Shown: one piece after another, positions 61,841-64,000 of the stretch
Layout of the letters: the number at the start of each line of letters is the position of its first letter
Numbering within the stretch: the stretch's first letter is position 1
Assembly (NCBI RefSeq): GCF_018977255.1
Contig: NW_024704743.1
Location: forward strand, 26,476,001 to 26,540,000
Direction: 5' to 3'
DNA length: 64,000 nt
DNA from: Callorhinchus milii
Lineage: Eukaryota
Position numbers and translations under genes: made by a program
The notes under the pieces: model-generated
What the model was told of the DNA's origin: nothing
What the model saw: the letters and a program-made list of their open reading frames with translations, nothing else
Databases searched by the model: none

Positions 61841-62929
61841 AACAGGCAGTATGTTTACCAAGCGAGCCCTCAGTGGAATTTAAATTAGGCTTTTCCCACA
61901 CAATTTTCTTCCTCATTGCTCGATGATGGTGGCAACTCCAGCTGGGGTCCCACTGCTATCTCTGTTGTATTATTCCTCTTCGTGTAGTGCAAAACGTAGC
62001 CTTCAGTGTCATAAATATCACTAGCAATAATGATTTGGAAGCAGCTTGGGTACCATCCTTCTGATAGATAATAAGGCTCCCACCCCTTTTAACTGGCTGG
62101 GAATGGCAGCCTTACAGTACCCACAGCATGAGAATGAAAACGCCTCAGCTCTGTGAAGTTCCCATCTGCACACAATCATCCCATTCACAGCACTACACAA
62201 GCATTTTAACAAGGCTTTTACAGAGGGGGTAGGATTAGAAGTGCAAGGATTAACGCACAACTGCTGGACAAAGCTCCATTATTGGAGCCTTGCTGTCTCA
62301 TCTCAAGTTATTGCAGTGTACAGTAGGCTCTCCTTTGTGAACATTTACAGTTTAATCATTTGGTAACTGGCAGGAACCTTATGATCGAGCAAAAATCCCT
62401 CTAAGCAGTGAAGCTAGTAATGATCCAGATATAACTGAATAAACTGGGCCATGATAGCACTAGCAGGAGTTTTGTTCCAGTATATTTCAGAATGCTCGCC
62501 AATCTCAAGCCTGGCATTTTATTGAGTGATCAGTTCATTTGAACATAGCTACTTCACTATAGATTGCTGAGTTAGTGAACTTCCATCTTGTTTGGCAAAC
62601 CATTAAACCATTTTATTGCTCCTATTTTTCTCTGTGAGGATGAAAATGTTGTAGATTTGTTTAACTCATTCCATTCCATAATTTTCGCCCCTCCCCCAAG
62701 ATGTATTGAACACTACAGAAAAAATTATTAAAACTGTCCTTGAAGTTTGTCTTTATTGAACTCTCTTTGCACTTGGTATAGTGCCGTTTAGAGGATGTCC
62801 CAAACTGCTTCACAGGATTTATTGTAAAATGCTTTGTGGATATTTTTAATTTGTAGTTGCAAGAATGTAAACTTTTTTTCTTTTCAATTTATATTTTGGC
62901 TGGTTAGAATGAAGACATTCGATCTTATA

Positions 62930-63055
62930 CAAATTATATGAGGGAGAAAGGAATAGAAAGGTATGGGAGGAAAAAAGGAGTGTACTGTAGACTCGTGGAA
63001 TATAAACACCGGCACGGACTGGTTAGGCCGAATGGCCTCTTTCTGTGCTGCACTG
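62930..63055 (+). mobile_element. CR1/HER1-type LINE (or HE1-type SINE) 3' tail
   Basis: atgagggagaaaggaatagaaagg..ataaacaccggcacggactggttaggccgaatggcctctttctgtgctg. Confidence 0.8.
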
Positions 63056-64000
63056 ACTGTACTGACTGTGCATCCAATAGGGAACAGAAGAACATGTTTA
63101 GGAATAAATTAAATTTTAATTGCCATGTTCGTTTTGATCTCCTGCAGCCACTGTTTCCTTGACCAAAAGAACAGACTGGTGATCGCTTTGTTGGCCTCCG
63201 CCCCTATGATTCGACTGTTGGGAGCTGACTCACTTTACAACCTGTTCCTGTGGCTTCCTCAGACATCCCGGCCTGGTTCATGGCCTTGTCAATTATTGTG
63301 TTGAAAGCTCCAGCACACTGTACCACAGGATGCAAGAGCAAGGTTGAATTCCACACGCTGCCTGTGTCATGATGGGAAGCTACAGAGAAAAAAGACTTTT
63401 ATAATACATGGTTTGAGGATCATAAATCCAAAGCCAAAATAGCCACCGCAAAGTCACTTCCTGTGCAATGCGCTTGCAAGCAATGTGCACGAAGAGTGGC
63501 TGAGGCCATTTACTGATAAATGGCTGACACTGATTTCACTTCCATGGCTCTTCACACATGCGCCAGCTACCAGCCCTGAAAAATGCCCAGTTTCCCCATC
63601 GACAGGTCCCCACCGGCATCACTTCCTGTGTGCTGCATGTGTACACTATAAGCAAGCGTTTTGTGCATGTATCAGGCATGTGCAGTGTGCAAGAAATTAC
63701 GTCAGTTTAACCCGATGACAGAGAAGGCTGCCTGCTTGTGGTGCACACGAAGCTGGACGGTCTGTGTGGCAAAACCAGCTGCGGGTCCTCAGGGCACCTG
63801 CTTACAAGAAAGCACCTTGTAACATGATTCTACTGTACTTAGCCATTGCTTCCCCTCCTGTAAAAGAAAGCCATTCATCTGTTGCACCTCCCAACTTATT
63901 AGAACATGAATGGCAGTGAGCAAACAGCTGCTATCCAGTCAGTCTGTTGTCTAAGAACTGCTCTACTGTCTGTCTGGTGTCTGAGAGCTGCTTTCCTCTC

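Noticed and set aside
1..64000. CRISPR array, operon or other prokaryotic/viral system; intact autonomous transposon
   Set aside because: Recurrent motifs are dispersed SINE/LINE parts, not regularly spaced repeats with spacers. All LINE pieces are truncated or frameshifted, and no transposase, integrase or viral ORF was seen.

Overview
This is vertebrate genomic DNA that is CpG-poor and repeat-rich. The repeat complement (tRNA-headed SINEs with (ATT)n tails, Deu-domain SINEs, L2 and CR1 LINE fragments) points to a cartilaginous fish, probably a holocephalan such as Callorhinchus; this is inference from recognised repeat families. The window is almost entirely intron and 5' region of one + strand gene. 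A clean 198-bp phase-0 exon at 59091-59288 encodes [66 protein letters not shown], the conserved N-terminus of the PLEKHG4B/ARHGEF40/KIAA1755 family, closest to PLEKHG4B. The ORF track misses it. A candidate first coding exon (MTHRPAAPKTRADSRLSIK, 12788-12844) lies about 46 kb upstream. Essentially all ORFs in the supplied track are spurious or derive from LINE/SINE remnants. I found no convincing novel biological system. The most notable observations are a ~235-bp inverted duplication, SINE subfamilies sharing the L2 3' stem-loop, modular and nested SINEs, and an unclassified interspersed repeat with at least 8 copies. Repeat boundaries are by eye (about +/-10-30 bp).
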